From Kiritimatiellia bacterium (GTDB lineage Bacteria > Verrucomicrobiota > Kiritimatiellia > RFP12 > DVOR01), in NCBI GenBank assembly GCA_036651955.1, contig JAVVWU010000002.1, forward strand, positions 6,459 through 70,458: DNA of 64,000 bases. Reading direction: 5' to 3'. Both the position numbers and the translations under genes were made by a program. The number at the start of each line of letters is the position of its first letter. Position 1 is the stretch's first letter. Below, piece by piece: positions 38,699 to 49,884 of the stretch. The notes beneath the pieces are model-generated. The model made no database searches. It worked only from the letters and a program-made list of their open reading frames with translations, and was not told the origin of the DNA.

Positions 38699-39997
38699 AT
38701 GGCCAAACGTAAGGTCCCCACAAATGAAGAAATGCACTGTTCTTTCTGTGGACGATTGATTGATGAGATAAAAGATGAACATTATGCCGAGAGTTCGTTG
38801 ACTCATAATGTGCTGTGTGAAAACTGTTTGCAGGTATTAGCAACGGATGTCGTGGCTCATTCACCAGACTTTCAAGAGGTGCTGACGTCTTTGAAAATGG
38901 GGAAGCTACCAGCGGTTCGTCAAACGGGGAAAACAAAAGCAATCAAGGTTCCCGCACCGCCCGAAATTAAATTTTTTTTGGATCAGTATATTATTGGGCA
39001 TGATCGTGTTAAGAAGCTTTTGTCAGTTGCCGTTCATAATCATTATAAGCGGTTGGAGCAAGATCATCCCATGGAGGGGCAGTTCTCGGATGTTGAGATT
39101 GAAAAGAGTAATGTCCTTTTGATTGGTTCTACGGGATGCGGAAAGACGCTTTTTGCCAAAACGCTCGCGCGGATGTTGAAGGTTCCTTTTGCGATTGCGG
39201 ATGCGACGACAATCACGGAAGCCGGATATGTCGGCGAGGATGTCGAGAATATTCTTCTCTATCTTTTACAGTCCTGCGATATGGATGTGGAACGTGCGCA
39301 GCACGGCATCATTTATATTGATGAGATTGATAAGATTGCACGTAAGACGGAGAATACATCCATTACGCGTGATGTGAGTGGTGAGGGTGTGCAACAGGCG
39401 TTGCTCAAGATTATTGAAGGAACGATTGCGCATGTTCCTGAAAAAGGCGGACGTAAGCATCCTCAAGCCGATTATATTGCGCTTGATACGTCTAACATTC
39501 TGTTTATTTGCGGTGGCGCATTTGTCGGTCTTGATGAGAAAATTCGCAATCGGTTGGGGAAGAAAGCAATCGGATTTATTGACGATGGCGAAAAGGATCG
39601 TAAAGATCAGGATCGCATTCTTTCGCAAGTTCAACCGGAAGATTTGGTGATGTTTGGACTTATCCCTGAATTTGTTGGACGTATTCCTGTGATTGCCAAA
39701 ATGAGTGACCTTTCCGAGGCTGAACTTGTCCGTATTTTGGTCGAACCTAAAAACGCTGTCGTTTCGCAATACAAGAAGTTGCTCGCGATGGATGGTATTG
39801 ATTTGACCTTTACGGAAGGGGCATTGACTGCGATTGCACGGGAAGCGATTAAACGTAAAACCGGTGCACGCGGACTTCGTTCAATTCTTGAACAGGTGAT
39901 GTCGGACTTTATGTACGATTTGCCCGGACGTAAAGATGTGCCAGCGTTGGAAATTGATGAGAAAACGGTGGTGGATCGTATTCTTGCAGATGCTTAA
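38699..39997 (+). CDS. clpX: ATP-dependent Clp protease ATP-binding subunit ClpX
   Basis: C4 zinc finger (CSFCGR...CENC), Walker A GSTGCGKT. Confidence 0.95.
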   Translation: MAKRKVPTNEEMHCSFCGRLIDEIKDEHYAESSLTHNVLCENCLQVLATDVVAHSPDFQEVLTSLKMGKLPAVRQTGKTKAIKVPAPPEIKFFLDQYIIGHDRVKKLLSVAVHNHYKRLEQDHPMEGQFSDVEIEKSNVLLIGSTGCGKTLFAKTLARMLKVPFAIADATTITEAGYVGEDVENILLYLLQSCDMDVERAQHGIIYIDEIDKIARKTENTSITRDVSGEGVQQALLKIIEGTIAHVPEKGGRKHPQADYIALDTSNILFICGGAFVGLDEKIRNRLGKKAIGFIDDGEKDRKDQDRILSQVQPEDLVMFGLIPEFVGRIPVIAKMSDLSEAELVRILVEPKNAVVSQYKKLLAMDGIDLTFTEGALTAIAREAIKRKTGARGLRSILEQVMSDFMYDLPGRKDVPALEIDEKTVVDRILADA

Positions 39998-40050
39998 CGC
40001 GGTTTCTCTCTTTTAGCGGTGTGTTACACTAAGGTCAAAAGGAGCATTGT

Positions 40051-40875
40051 ATGCGTTTTATTGGCCCAAATGTTTCCGCAACAAATCCTGTTGCAGACGC
40101 GCAAGCAGTCGGAGCGACAGGATTTGCTTTTTTCTCGAAGAGTCAACTTCAGTGGCTCGCTCGCCCTTTAGAAGAGAGCACGATTGCGGCATTTAAGCGG
40201 TCGATGAAAGAGGCTCCTTTTGGCGCAGAACAAGTTTTGCCGCACGCCGGTTATCTAATCAATCTTGCTAATACGGATGAATCGTTGCATGAGATGAGTG
40301 TGGCGTCGTTTATCGATGAAATGTTCCGTTGTGAGCAGTTGGGATTAACGATGCTCAATATTCATCCGGGAGCGCATCTGAATAAGCTTTCGGTTGAGGC
40401 GGCATGTGATCGTGTCGCGCAAAGTCTCAATACGATTCTTGCGAAAACGCATGGAGTCACGGTTGTTCTTGAAAATACCGCAGGGCAAGGCTCTTATCTC
40501 GGCTCCAAAATGGAAGAGTTGCACCGGATGATTGAAGGCGTAGAAGATAAAACGCGAATTGGATTTTGTTTGGATACAGCGCATAGTTTTGGAGCAGGAT
40601 TTGATATCCGCACGAGAGATGGCTTTTTAACGTTTATTGATCATGTAGACGCTACAATCGGTCTGTCTTTCTTACGTGGAATGCATCTTAATGATTCTAA
40701 AGTTCCTTTGGCTTCTCATAAAGACAGGCACGAGTCGCTCGGAAAAGGATTGATTGGATGGGAACCTTTCGAGACCATTGCGCGCGATTCTCGTTTTGAA
40801 AACATCCCACTGATTCTTGAAACGCCTGACGGGGCGTTGTGGGCGGATGAGATCAAGCATCTTCTGAATGTGTAA
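40051..40875 (+). CDS. nfo: Endonuclease IV
   Basis: Xylose-isomerase-like TIM barrel with Nfo His/Asp ligands. Confidence 0.88.
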   Translation: MRFIGPNVSATNPVADAQAVGATGFAFFSKSQLQWLARPLEESTIAAFKRSMKEAPFGAEQVLPHAGYLINLANTDESLHEMSVASFIDEMFRCEQLGLTMLNIHPGAHLNKLSVEAACDRVAQSLNTILAKTHGVTVVLENTAGQGSYLGSKMEELHRMIEGVEDKTRIGFCLDTAHSFGAGFDIRTRDGFLTFIDHVDATIGLSFLRGMHLNDSKVPLASHKDRHESLGKGLIGWEPFETIARDSRFENIPLILETPDGALWADEIKHLLNV

Positions 40876-41554
40876 CGGTATGGATACTGATAATTTAGGA
40901 TTTGCGAAATTGGATCTTCAACGTCTTCAGCGTCGAGGGTTCGGGGAAACAGTTTATTGCGCGGGGAAAACTGCGGAACAAGTCGCAACGATTTTCGAGC
41001 GTTTCGCGGCGAATAGGCAAAATGTCTTAGGAACACGAGCAACGCCTGAACAGGCGAAGGCGTGTCCAAAGGCTCTTTATGATCCGCTCTCTCGCGTTCT
41101 TGCTCAGACGCTTAAACCTTCTGTTCCCTGTGGTGGCATTGTCGTTTGTTCTGGTGGAACAAGTGATGCGCCAGTCGCAGAAGAAGCGGCACGTACGGCA
41201 GAATTTCTCGGCGCACGCGTGGTGCGATTGTATGACGTCGGAGTGGCAGGGCTTCATCGCTTATTGGAGCAGACGGAAGTTTTACGTAAAGCAAATGCCA
41301 TTGTTGCCGTTGCCGGGATGGAAGGTGCGCTTGGAAGTGTGGTGGCTGGACTTGTTGAGGTTCCCGTTTTTGCAGTGCCGACATCTGTCGGTTATGGTGC
41401 TTCATTTCAAGGGCTTGCGCCGCTTCTTTCGATGCTTAATTCCTGCGCAGAAGGACTTTCCGTTGTCAATATTGATAACGGTTTTGGCGCTGGCTATCTC
41501 GCGGCGCAGGTCAATCGCTTGATTGTGCGGGCGGCGTTGCCACACGAGTCTTAA
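40868..41554 (+). CDS. LarB-like (PurE-fold) nickel-pincer cofactor biosynthesis protein
   Basis: GETVYCAGKT.EQ and SGGTSDAPV motifs. Confidence 0.7.
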   Translation: MCNGMDTDNLGFAKLDLQRLQRRGFGETVYCAGKTAEQVATIFERFAANRQNVLGTRATPEQAKACPKALYDPLSRVLAQTLKPSVPCGGIVVCSGGTSDAPVAEEAARTAEFLGARVVRLYDVGVAGLHRLLEQTEVLRKANAIVAVAGMEGALGSVVAGLVEVPVFAVPTSVGYGASFQGLAPLLSMLNSCAEGLSVVNIDNGFGAGYLAAQVNRLIVRAALPHES

Positions 41555-41568
41555 CGCATTTGAGGTAA

Positions 41569-41596
41569 AGAAAAGTCTTTGGACTTTTCATTTCGT
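41569..41596 (+). terminator. Rho-independent terminator (gaaaagtc-tttg-gacttttc, then T-run)
   Basis: Seen directly. Confidence 0.55.
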
Positions 41597-41649
41597 TGAA
41601 CTTTTAGGTTCAAACATCTATTGAGTTGTTCTCTTAACCAAAGATTATC

Positions 41650-42930
41650 ATGCTAGAGTGTTTACGTATTTCAGAACTTTCCAATGGAATTAAAGTTGTC
41701 ACGCTGTCGAAGCCTGACGTTGAGAGTGTAAGTGTTGCTATTCGTGCACGTGTGGGGAGCCGGAATGAGCCAGAAGCACTCAATGGTGCCAGTCACTTTA
41801 TTGAACATATGCTTTTCAAAGGAACGCACCGTCGGAGTGCCAAGGTGATTTCTCAAACGATTGAAGGGCAAGGCGGGGTCATCAATGCGTTTACGGATAA
41901 AGATAACACCTGTTATTATGCAACGGTTCCTTACGAAAAAGAAGCTATCGCATTAGATGTGTTAAGTGATCTTTTTTATAATGCAACGTTTGATTCAAAA
42001 GAATTAGATCGCGAACGGAATGTCATCGCCGAAGAAATTCGTATGTATGATGATCAACCCGACAGTGTTGCCGCAGATCAACTGATGTCGCAATTGTGGT
42101 CGGGGCATCCGCTTGGTCGAACGGTATTAGGACCGATTGATACGATTCTTTCAATGCCACGGAAAGAGCTCCTTACTTATCGTAAAGAACAGTATGCGCC
42201 CATGCGTACGGTTTTTTCCTTTGCTGGACGCGTGAACCATGAGAAGTGCGTCCGAGAGGTTTCGCGTATTGCAGGAAAACTTCGTAATCCACGTCATTTG
42301 CGTGAGCCAGAACCGTTTACGCGTGCGATTCCATTAGATCCCTTTGCGCTTATTCGTCGCCCCATCCAACAAACGCAGATTGCCTTTGGCTGGCGTGCAC
42401 CTGGTGTTTCTTCTGGCGATGTGAGTGCGCCCTTTACGTTTCTCTCGTGTGTTCTTGGTGAGAATATGTCCTCACGTCTTTTCCAAAGTATTCGAGAGCG
42501 TCGCGGACTTTGTTATAGCATTTGCAGTGATTACACATCGTTAACGGATTGCGGATGTCTTACAATTGCCGCAGGATGTGATCCCGCCAAAGCTTATGGT
42601 GGTGCGCGTGCCATTCTTGCGGAAATACGAAAACTTGCAGAACGCCCTGTAGGTGCCGCGGAACTTCGTCGTACGTGTGATTATCTTTGTGGACGGTTCC
42701 GTTTGCGGATGGATAGCTCGCCCGCAGGATGGGTTTCCTCGCGTGTTCTCTTTGGTGTGGATGTGAATGCGGCGGCGGTACTTGAGCGTTATCGCGAAGT
42801 CACCGCCGCAGATATTCAGGCGGCAGCACAAACGTTAACTGCTGAGGCTCTTGCGATGACGGTTGTTGCGCCGGAATCTGCGCTTCATACGGCGGAGCAA
42901 TGGGCAAATCTCGCACGTGAGCTTGTATGA
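41650..42930 (+). CDS. M16-family zinc peptidase
   Basis: HFIEHMLFKGT inverted zinc motif. Confidence 0.85.
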   Translation: MLECLRISELSNGIKVVTLSKPDVESVSVAIRARVGSRNEPEALNGASHFIEHMLFKGTHRRSAKVISQTIEGQGGVINAFTDKDNTCYYATVPYEKEAIALDVLSDLFYNATFDSKELDRERNVIAEEIRMYDDQPDSVAADQLMSQLWSGHPLGRTVLGPIDTILSMPRKELLTYRKEQYAPMRTVFSFAGRVNHEKCVREVSRIAGKLRNPRHLREPEPFTRAIPLDPFALIRRPIQQTQIAFGWRAPGVSSGDVSAPFTFLSCVLGENMSSRLFQSIRERRGLCYSICSDYTSLTDCGCLTIAAGCDPAKAYGGARAILAEIRKLAERPVGAAELRRTCDYLCGRFRLRMDSSPAGWVSSRVLFGVDVNAAAVLERYREVTAADIQAAAQTLTAEALAMTVVAPESALHTAEQWANLARELV

Positions 42931-43046
42931 TTTGAGTTGTGTCTTATCGTATTCAGTGAAACGTCCAACTCGATAAAGATTGGCAATGGATGTTACGTGC
43001 GTTAGACTATTCATCATTGTTGATTACGTTTACTGAAAGGCTTATC

Positions 43047-43817
43047 ATGAAAAAAGTGTTTTTCCCGCTTCTTGTGGGACTAGTTTTCTTCGCTGCTGGA
43101 TGTATTGTAGTGCCGTGTGGTATTCCCGAAAATGCCAATACCACTGTCCCCGCACCGTCAACAGCTATTCCTCAAAGTGCCGCAACAACTCCTGCAAACC
43201 GTTTGAATATCGGATGGTGGAAGACCCGATTGGCGAATAAAGAAGGGCTTGCTACACGCCATTACGATACCGTGTTGATCGGTGACTCTATTACACATAA
43301 TTGGGATAATATCGCGCCCGATCTTCAAAAACAGTACTTTGGCGATGCATTGAATCTCGGCTTTAGTGGCGATAGGACGCAAGATGTTTTGTGGCGTATC
43401 GCGCGTATTGATTGGGAAACTGTTTCTCCCAAACGTATCATGTTGATGATTGGTACGAATAACACTGGATGGCGTCCGCCTGAAACTGCTGAAAATACAT
43501 TTTATGGGATTAAATCCATTATTCAAGTCCTTCGTAAAGAATGCCCCGACACAAAAATTACATTGCTTGCGATTTTCCCGCGTGGTGTCAATCCGGGGAA
43601 CGATTGGCGTAAAGCCAATGATGCAATCAATGTACGGCTTCAAGAACTCGCGGACGAAGAGCATGTTTATCTCCGTGATATCTCGCCGTACTATTTCTTG
43701 CCTGATGGCAAGACACTCAATCAGGGACTTCTTCCCGATCAATTACACCCGAATAAGGAAGGTCATCGCATTTGGGCTGCGGCAACAGCGCGTGACTTTA
43801 TGCGTGACTATCGGTAA
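43047..43817 (+). CDS. SGNH/GDSL hydrolase lipoprotein
   Basis: Signal peptide with an AAGC lipobox. GDSIT block. GAAAGG RBS. The ORF-track start at 42990 lacks an RBS. Confidence 0.75.
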   Translation: MKKVFFPLLVGLVFFAAGCIVVPCGIPENANTTVPAPSTAIPQSAATTPANRLNIGWWKTRLANKEGLATRHYDTVLIGDSITHNWDNIAPDLQKQYFGDALNLGFSGDRTQDVLWRIARIDWETVSPKRIMLMIGTNNTGWRPPETAENTFYGIKSIIQVLRKECPDTKITLLAIFPRGVNPGNDWRKANDAINVRLQELADEEHVYLRDISPYYFLPDGKTLNQGLLPDQLHPNKEGHRIWAAATARDFMRDYR

Positions 43818-43838
43818 CTCAAGGTCGAGTTTTGGAAC

Positions 43839-43877
43839 GGGAATGACGTGACTCTGGGCGTCATTCCCTTTTTGTTT
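43839..43877 (+). terminator. Strong rho-independent terminator (10-bp perfect stem gggaatgacg/cgtcattccc, then T-run)
   Basis: Seen directly. Confidence 0.75.
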
Positions 43878-43965
43878 CAAGACGAAATTTTGAGATGTTG
43901 TTTCTTCTGTAGTGGGCGCATCTTCTGTAGTGATATTTACTTGTACGAATCATTTGGCTTTAAGG

Positions 43966-43980
43966 TATAATGAAACCATG
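43966..43980 (+). promoter_or_regulatory. TATAAT -10 box 6 nt upstream of the rnr ATG (candidate leaderless promoter)
   Basis: ggTATAATgaaaccATG. Confidence 0.45.
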
Positions 43981-46590
43981 AATATCGAAGAACAAGCGAT
44001 TAGATACCTTTTCCAGTCAGAGCCGGAGACAACGTTTTGTGTGCCGGCAATTATTAAGACACTGGGATTGCGTGGGAAGACTGCTAAGCGATTAGGTCCC
44101 ATGTTGCGTGAGATGGTGCGCAGTGGTGAACTTATTGAAAAACGGCGTGGGTATTATCATGCGGGTGTCGGTGTCGGCATTCTTTCTGGAAAATTGCGGA
44201 TGACGCGTAGTGGTGCGGCGATTGTAACGGATGATGAGAGCGGGAAGACCGTTTTTGTCGAATCGGGAGACGTGGGAAAAGCAATTCAAGGCGATCGAGT
44301 AACGGTGTCGTATCGTCCTGGTGCGCGAACAGATCCTGTTGGCGTGATACAGAAAATTGATGAGGAAGCGGTGCGCGATGTCGTGGGTACGGTGCGTGTC
44401 GCTGGTGATCTTTACTATGTGTCTCCGCTGAATCCGATTTACCGTGGTGATTTTGCGTTGGCAGATCCGAAAGATGCCAAGGATGGTGATCGCGTGGTGG
44501 TGCGTGTGCGTCGCGGTGCAGAGAATCGTCTATCGGCAGAGTTGCTGGAAGTGATTGGACCTGAGGATAAGCCTTCGCTGGATACGATTGCCATTATGCG
44601 GCAGTACGAACTTCCAGAGTCGTTCCCGCCTGAGGTGTTGTCAGAGTCTGAAAAAGTAGCGAGCTTGCTTCATAATCCGGGTACTCGTCTTGATTTACGC
44701 GATCGTTTTATCCTAACGATTGACCCATTGACGGCACGTGATTTCGATGATGCGATTTCGTTAGAACACGATGAACAGGGGAACAGAGTTCTCGGTGTTC
44801 ACATCGCTGATGTTAGTCATTTCGTTCGTCCCGGAAGTGCGCTTGATAAAGAGGCTTTTTACCGGAATACGAGTGTTTATCTCATTGACCGCGTGATTCC
44901 CATGTTGCCGGAACAATTGTCGAATGGCGTTTGTTCGCTTCAACCGAATGAGGATCGATTGGCATTTTCGGCGTTCTTAACGTACGATAAGAATGGTAAA
45001 GTCATCGCGAAGTCTTTTGCCAAGAGCCTCATTCGTTCAAAGCAGCGTCTTGCGTATGAAGAAGCGTTTGCATTGATGATGGACTCTCCTGTAACGATTG
45101 CGGATGCTCCGCTTGATCCGCGTACAGTCCCGATGTTGAAAGAGACGCTTGATTTGACGCGTCAATTGAAGAAGATTCGAGAGCGAAATGCGTCGTTGGA
45201 ATTAGCATCACAAGAAGTGGATATTGTGTTGGACAAAGACGGGCGCATGACAGGAATTCATCAAGCCTCTAACGATGAGTCGCATCAGTTAATAGAATGT
45301 TGTATGGTCGCGGCGAATGAGGCGGTGGCAGAAGAATTATTGACGCATCAGGTGAATATTCTTTCACGGTTACATGAAGCTCCCGATGACGAGAAAATTG
45401 CGAAATTGGAAATGGAATTGCGTAAGTTGGGGATTCGTCCACGTGATCTTCGTGAACCGAAGGAGTTAGCACTTTTATTGCGCGAGACAGCCGATCATCC
45501 ATTGAAGTATCACATTCACGCATTGATTCTTCGTTCGTTGAAACGGGCAATTTATTCGGCGAAGCAACACGGGCACTTTGGTCTTGCGTTGACGTATTAT
45601 TCGCATTTCACCTCGCCAATTCGCCGATATCCGGACCTTGTGTTGCATCGTCAATTGATTGATTATCTTGTGCAGGGTGGGCATGGAGGGCGTTTGGATC
45701 AAGGCGTTCTCGATCGCGCTGCGGCACGTGCCACGGAACGTGAACAAATCGCAGATGAAGCCGAACGTGCATTGACCGAGATCAAGAAGTATCGTTTCCT
45801 TCAGCAACAGTTAGATGAACGTAAGCTGGTGGAATATAACGCCGTTGTCGTTTCGGTGAAGCCGTTTGGCTTCTTTGTCGATGTGGTTGAACTTCAAATT
45901 TCCGGTATGGTGCATATTTCTAACGTGTCTAACGCGTTTGTTCGGTTTGATCCTACGACTGAGCGTTTGCACGCCGGGCAACTGACGATTAAGACCGGTA
46001 TGAGCCTTAAGGTTTATATTGCTAAAGTTGATTTCCCCGCGCGGCGGCTTGATTTTGTCTATGTGCAAGGATCGGCTGTGGATACGTGGAATGGCGATAC
46101 GCATGCAGAAGAAAATCGGCTGTCTGCCGTTTCCAGAAAGCATGGCGGTAAACGAGGCTTGGGGCATTCAAATGCACCGCGCACGGGAGGCGTGCGGCCT
46201 CGTCGTGAGACTAGCACTGCTGCCACAAAACCACCACTTTTGTTTGAACGCCCCGATCGTGTCAAAGGGGTGGAGGATCGAATTGCAAAGAAGAGAGGAT
46301 TCTCTCCTCTAGCAACCGCAAAGAATGTGAAAAAAGCTCATGCGGTAGTTGCCATCAAGGAACATTCTGTTTCTCAAGAGCGTGCGGTTACGCCTGCGCG
46401 TCCAAGAAAAGCAGCCGTGAAAAAAGATGCTACCGTTGCTCTTACACATTCACACAAAGCGAGTACGAAAACGCAAAATTCAAATGCTCCGACACGTTCC
46501 CGTAAAGTTCCGGTGAATGCGGATCCTATTGCCGCTCCCATGCGTTCTCGTAAAGGTGCAACTTCTAAAAAACAACCGCCGACTCCATGA
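43978..46590 (+). CDS. rnr: Ribonuclease R
   Basis: Cold-shock, RNB and S1 domains, and a basic K/R-rich C-terminal tail. Confidence 0.9.
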   Translation: MNIEEQAIRYLFQSEPETTFCVPAIIKTLGLRGKTAKRLGPMLREMVRSGELIEKRRGYYHAGVGVGILSGKLRMTRSGAAIVTDDESGKTVFVESGDVGKAIQGDRVTVSYRPGARTDPVGVIQKIDEEAVRDVVGTVRVAGDLYYVSPLNPIYRGDFALADPKDAKDGDRVVVRVRRGAENRLSAELLEVIGPEDKPSLDTIAIMRQYELPESFPPEVLSESEKVASLLHNPGTRLDLRDRFILTIDPLTARDFDDAISLEHDEQGNRVLGVHIADVSHFVRPGSALDKEAFYRNTSVYLIDRVIPMLPEQLSNGVCSLQPNEDRLAFSAFLTYDKNGKVIAKSFAKSLIRSKQRLAYEEAFALMMDSPVTIADAPLDPRTVPMLKETLDLTRQLKKIRERNASLELASQEVDIVLDKDGRMTGIHQASNDESHQLIECCMVAANEAVAEELLTHQVNILSRLHEAPDDEKIAKLEMELRKLGIRPRDLREPKELALLLRETADHPLKYHIHALILRSLKRAIYSAKQHGHFGLALTYYSHFTSPIRRYPDLVLHRQLIDYLVQGGHGGRLDQGVLDRAAARATEREQIADEAERALTEIKKYRFLQQQLDERKLVEYNAVVVSVKPFGFFVDVVELQISGMVHISNVSNAFVRFDPTTERLHAGQLTIKTGMSLKVYIAKVDFPARRLDFVYVQGSAVDTWNGDTHAEENRLSAVSRKHGGKRGLGHSNAPRTGGVRPRRETSTAATKPPLLFERPDRVKGVEDRIAKKRGFSPLATAKNVKKAHAVVAIKEHSVSQERAVTPARPRKAAVKKDATVALTHSHKASTKTQNSNAPTRSRKVPVNADPIAAPMRSRKGATSKKQPPTP

Positions 46591-47393
46591 AACGAGCCTC
46601 TTACCACAATCACACCGTTTTTAGTGATGGTGCCGATACGCCCGAAGCGTTTTATCAGAATGCAAAGACTCAGGGCGTCGATATCTTAGGATTCGCTGAT
46701 CACTACTATCGCGCAAGTGCTGATGCAATTGATGCGCCCGAGTGGGCATTGCAACCGCATCTTGAGGAACGCTATTTTAATGCGATTCGGGATCTCAAAC
46801 GACATCACGAGATGGAGATTCGTGTGGGGATGGAATTTGATTGGTTAGAAGGTTCAGCCGCATGGCTTATGCCTGTTACGCAGGATCCGCGGCTCGACTA
46901 TACCATTGGGTCTGTCCATTATGTGGGTGCCGATAGTATTGATAGTACGCGAAAGTTTTGGGAAGAACGGTCACAAGAAGAGAGAGATGAGCTTTTCCGT
47001 AACTATTGGATTGCTGTGCGCGAAATGGCGGAAAGCCGATTGTTTGACATTGTCGGACATGTGGATCTTATTAAGAAATTTGATTTTTATCCCAGTGAGG
47101 ACATTACGCCTTTTATTCGCGAAGCACTTGATGCGATTAAAGCTTCGCGGATGGTGGTGGAATTAAATACATCGGGGTGGAATAAAGATTGTCGTGAATC
47201 TTACCCGAGTGAGCCCATTCTTCATGCTTGTTTTCATCGTGAAATACCAGTAACTGTTTCCAGTGATGCGCATCGAGCGCGTTTTGTTTGTGCCAATTTT
47301 TCGCGTGCTTTTGATCTTTTAACGAAGGTTGGATATAAGCATGTTGCGCGTTTTACGCAACGGCAGGTGACGTTTGAACCGATAGACCTTTAA
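46587..47393 (+). CDS. PHP-family phosphoesterase (histidinol-phosphatase-like)
   Basis: HNHTVFSDG ... GSVHY ... DAH PHP motifs. ATGA overlap with rnr. Confidence 0.7.
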   Translation: MKRASYHNHTVFSDGADTPEAFYQNAKTQGVDILGFADHYYRASADAIDAPEWALQPHLEERYFNAIRDLKRHHEMEIRVGMEFDWLEGSAAWLMPVTQDPRLDYTIGSVHYVGADSIDSTRKFWEERSQEERDELFRNYWIAVREMAESRLFDIVGHVDLIKKFDFYPSEDITPFIREALDAIKASRMVVELNTSGWNKDCRESYPSEPILHACFHREIPVTVSSDAHRARFVCANFSRAFDLLTKVGYKHVARFTQRQVTFEPIDL

Positions 47394-47408
47394 TCTGAAG
47401 AGGATGAT

Positions 47409-48764
47409 ATGACTTTGTTTTCTATATTGATGATAGCGTTTTTTATTTTAGTTGCTATTTTCTTGTTTAGTTTAGCCGTGTTTATTCATGAGTTTGGACA
47501 TTTTATTGCGGCTCGTTTACTGGGATTACGTGCGGATGTTTTTTCAATTGGATTTGGCCCTGCGCTTTGGAAGAAGCGTATTGGAAATACAGAATATCGA
47601 TTCTCGATGATCCCCTTTGGCGGTTATGTTTCCTTGCCACAGTTAGATCCCGAGGGAATGAGAAAAATTCAAGGAGATCATGGAGAAACGTATGCGGTGG
47701 CGTCTCCTTGGCGGCGAATTGTAGTTGCGATTGCCGGTCCTTTAGGGAATATTTTCTTGGCGGCCGTCTGTGCAGCATTGATTAGTTGGTTTTCGCCACG
47801 TGGAACGACAGGGGCGAGTACAGAGGTCGGATATATTGAGCCTCAATCGTCGGCGGAAAAAGCAAACTTGTGTGTTGGTGATGTTATTGCTGCGGTGAAT
47901 GGTAATCCTGTCCATACGTGGCAAGACTTTCAAACGGAATGCTATTTGGCAGGGGGGACGAATGAGGTGGTAACGCTTGAAGTCATGCGTGCCGACGCTC
48001 AGATGAATTTGACGGCAACATTGGACACTCAACTTGCAGAAGGAATTTATGCGATTGGTGGTGTGATGCCGGGACCTCTACAGCTAGGAGTAGGGGAGGT
48101 TATGCTAGAATCGCCTGCCGCAAAAGCAAAGTTAGTTGCTGGTGATGTGATTCAAACGGTGGATGGAAAGCCATTTACGCGTATTGAGCAATTGACGCAT
48201 CGCGAAAATTCGAGTGCTGAAGTCGTATTGACAGTTAAAAGCTCGATGGACGTAACGGCGCGCACAGTATCATTGACGCCGTCTATCCTTAAAGCTGGCG
48301 ATCCACCGCGTATGGGAATTGTTGTGGGCTTTATGGGGCAACGGCATTTCCAATGGATGGCGAATCGTGGTATTGGTGCACAGTTATGGTCAGATGCCTC
48401 AAGTATTTTCAGAGTGCTGAAAGCATTAACGGCTCCTAAGACAAAGGGCGAGACTTCGCGCGCAGCAAAGGGATTGGGCGGACCTTTGATGATTTTTGGA
48501 TTGTTTTTCCAAGTCGTTCAGACGGGATTTTGGGCAAGCCTTGGTTTTGTACGTCTTATTTGTGTGAACCTTGCTATTCTGAATCTTCTTCCCTTGCCTG
48601 TATTAGATGGCGGACACGTGTTGTTTGCCAGTTATGCAATTGTTCGTCGTAAGGAAGCCAGTCCGAAACTCATTGGTTGGTTAACGAATGTCTTTGCCTG
48701 TGTTCTGATTGGCTTGATGCTATTGCTTGTTTATCGCGATACGCTTCGTTTTATTTTAGGCTAG
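47409..48764 (+). CDS. rseP: RIP site-2 zinc metalloprotease RseP
   Basis: HEFGHF HExxH in TM1, two PDZ domains, LDG motif. Confidence 0.9.
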   Translation: MTLFSILMIAFFILVAIFLFSLAVFIHEFGHFIAARLLGLRADVFSIGFGPALWKKRIGNTEYRFSMIPFGGYVSLPQLDPEGMRKIQGDHGETYAVASPWRRIVVAIAGPLGNIFLAAVCAALISWFSPRGTTGASTEVGYIEPQSSAEKANLCVGDVIAAVNGNPVHTWQDFQTECYLAGGTNEVVTLEVMRADAQMNLTATLDTQLAEGIYAIGGVMPGPLQLGVGEVMLESPAAKAKLVAGDVIQTVDGKPFTRIEQLTHRENSSAEVVLTVKSSMDVTARTVSLTPSILKAGDPPRMGIVVGFMGQRHFQWMANRGIGAQLWSDASSIFRVLKALTAPKTKGETSRAAKGLGGPLMIFGLFFQVVQTGFWASLGFVRLICVNLAILNLLPLPVLDGGHVLFASYAIVRRKEASPKLIGWLTNVFACVLIGLMLLLVYRDTLRFILG

Positions 48765-48771
48765 GGATGTG

Positions 48772-49851
48772 ATGCGTTCGCAAACTCGTCAAATAAAGAT
48801 TGGCTCTGTTGCCGTTGGTGGCGGTGCGCCTGTAAGCGTACAAACGATGGCAAATGTCCCCACAACGGATGTCGCCAACGTCCTTTCGCAGATTGATCGT
48901 GCTGCCGATTTAGGATGCGATTTGTTCCGTGTTGCAGTCCCTGATAGAGACGCAGCAGAGTCGCTCAAAGTTCTTTGTGCAAAAAGTCGTCTCCCTCTGA
49001 TTGCCGATATTCATTTTGATTATCGGCTTGCGCTGGCGGCGATTGAAGCTGGTGTAGGTGCGCTACGTATCAATCCGGGTAATATCGGAGAGAAGGATCG
49101 TGTGCGTCAAGTCGTAGAGGCGGCACGTCCGCGCCAAATCCCTATTCGTATTGGCGTGAATGGAGGATCGCTTGAAAAATCAATTTTGGCGCGCTATGGT
49201 TCGGCGACAGCGGAGGCTCTTGTTGAAAGTGCGTTGGGACATGTTCGACTGTTAGAGTCGCTGGACTACTATGAGATAAAAATTTCGGTCAAAGCCTCTG
49301 ATATTCCGAGAACGCTTGCGGCGTATCGTCTACTGGCTTCAAAAGTGAATTATCCTTTACATCTTGGACTGACAGAAGCGGGAACGTTTTTGCATGGGAC
49401 GGTGACCAGTTGTGTTGCTCTTTCGGCATTGCTCAATGAGGGGATTGGCGATACGCTTCGTATTTCTCTTACCGCTCCTATTGAAGAAGAAGTCCGCGTG
49501 GGCGTTGAACTCTTACGCGCGTGCGGACTTCGTACTTCCGGTGCGTGGGTTACCTCGTGTCCAACGTGTGGACGTACGCAAGTCAATGTACAAGCGGCAG
49601 CAGAAGCAGTGACGGATGCGCTCGAATTATTCTATCGTCAACATCCTTCTGCCAAACGTCTTCACGTTGCGGTGATGGGGTGTGTTGTGAATGGTCCCGG
49701 TGAAGCACGTGAAGCGGATGTGGCTCTATGTGGAGGGCGTGGAACGTTTACGCTGTATCACCACGGGAAACAACTTGTAACGTTACCAGAGGCAGAGGCT
49801 CTTGATGCCCTTTTGCGTGTGGTGCGCGAAGATACGGCAGTAAGTTATTGA
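48772..49851 (+). CDS. ispG: 4-hydroxy-3-methylbut-2-enyl diphosphate synthase
   Basis: GcpE family. Start taken at the ATG after the GTG. Confidence 0.9.
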   Translation: MRSQTRQIKIGSVAVGGGAPVSVQTMANVPTTDVANVLSQIDRAADLGCDLFRVAVPDRDAAESLKVLCAKSRLPLIADIHFDYRLALAAIEAGVGALRINPGNIGEKDRVRQVVEAARPRQIPIRIGVNGGSLEKSILARYGSATAEALVESALGHVRLLESLDYYEIKISVKASDIPRTLAAYRLLASKVNYPLHLGLTEAGTFLHGTVTSCVALSALLNEGIGDTLRISLTAPIEEEVRVGVELLRACGLRTSGAWVTSCPTCGRTQVNVQAAAEAVTDALELFYRQHPSAKRLHVAVMGCVVNGPGEAREADVALCGGRGTFTLYHHGKQLVTLPEAEALDALLRVVREDTAVSY

Positions 49852-49884
49852 ATCACGTGTAGAGACTTTTATTTCGGAAATAGG

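Noticed and set aside
38961-38970. A T8 homopolymer inside clpX, considered as a slippage site.
   Set aside because: It lies in frame, encoding KFFL, within a conserved and otherwise intact essential gene. There is no sign of a frameshift.
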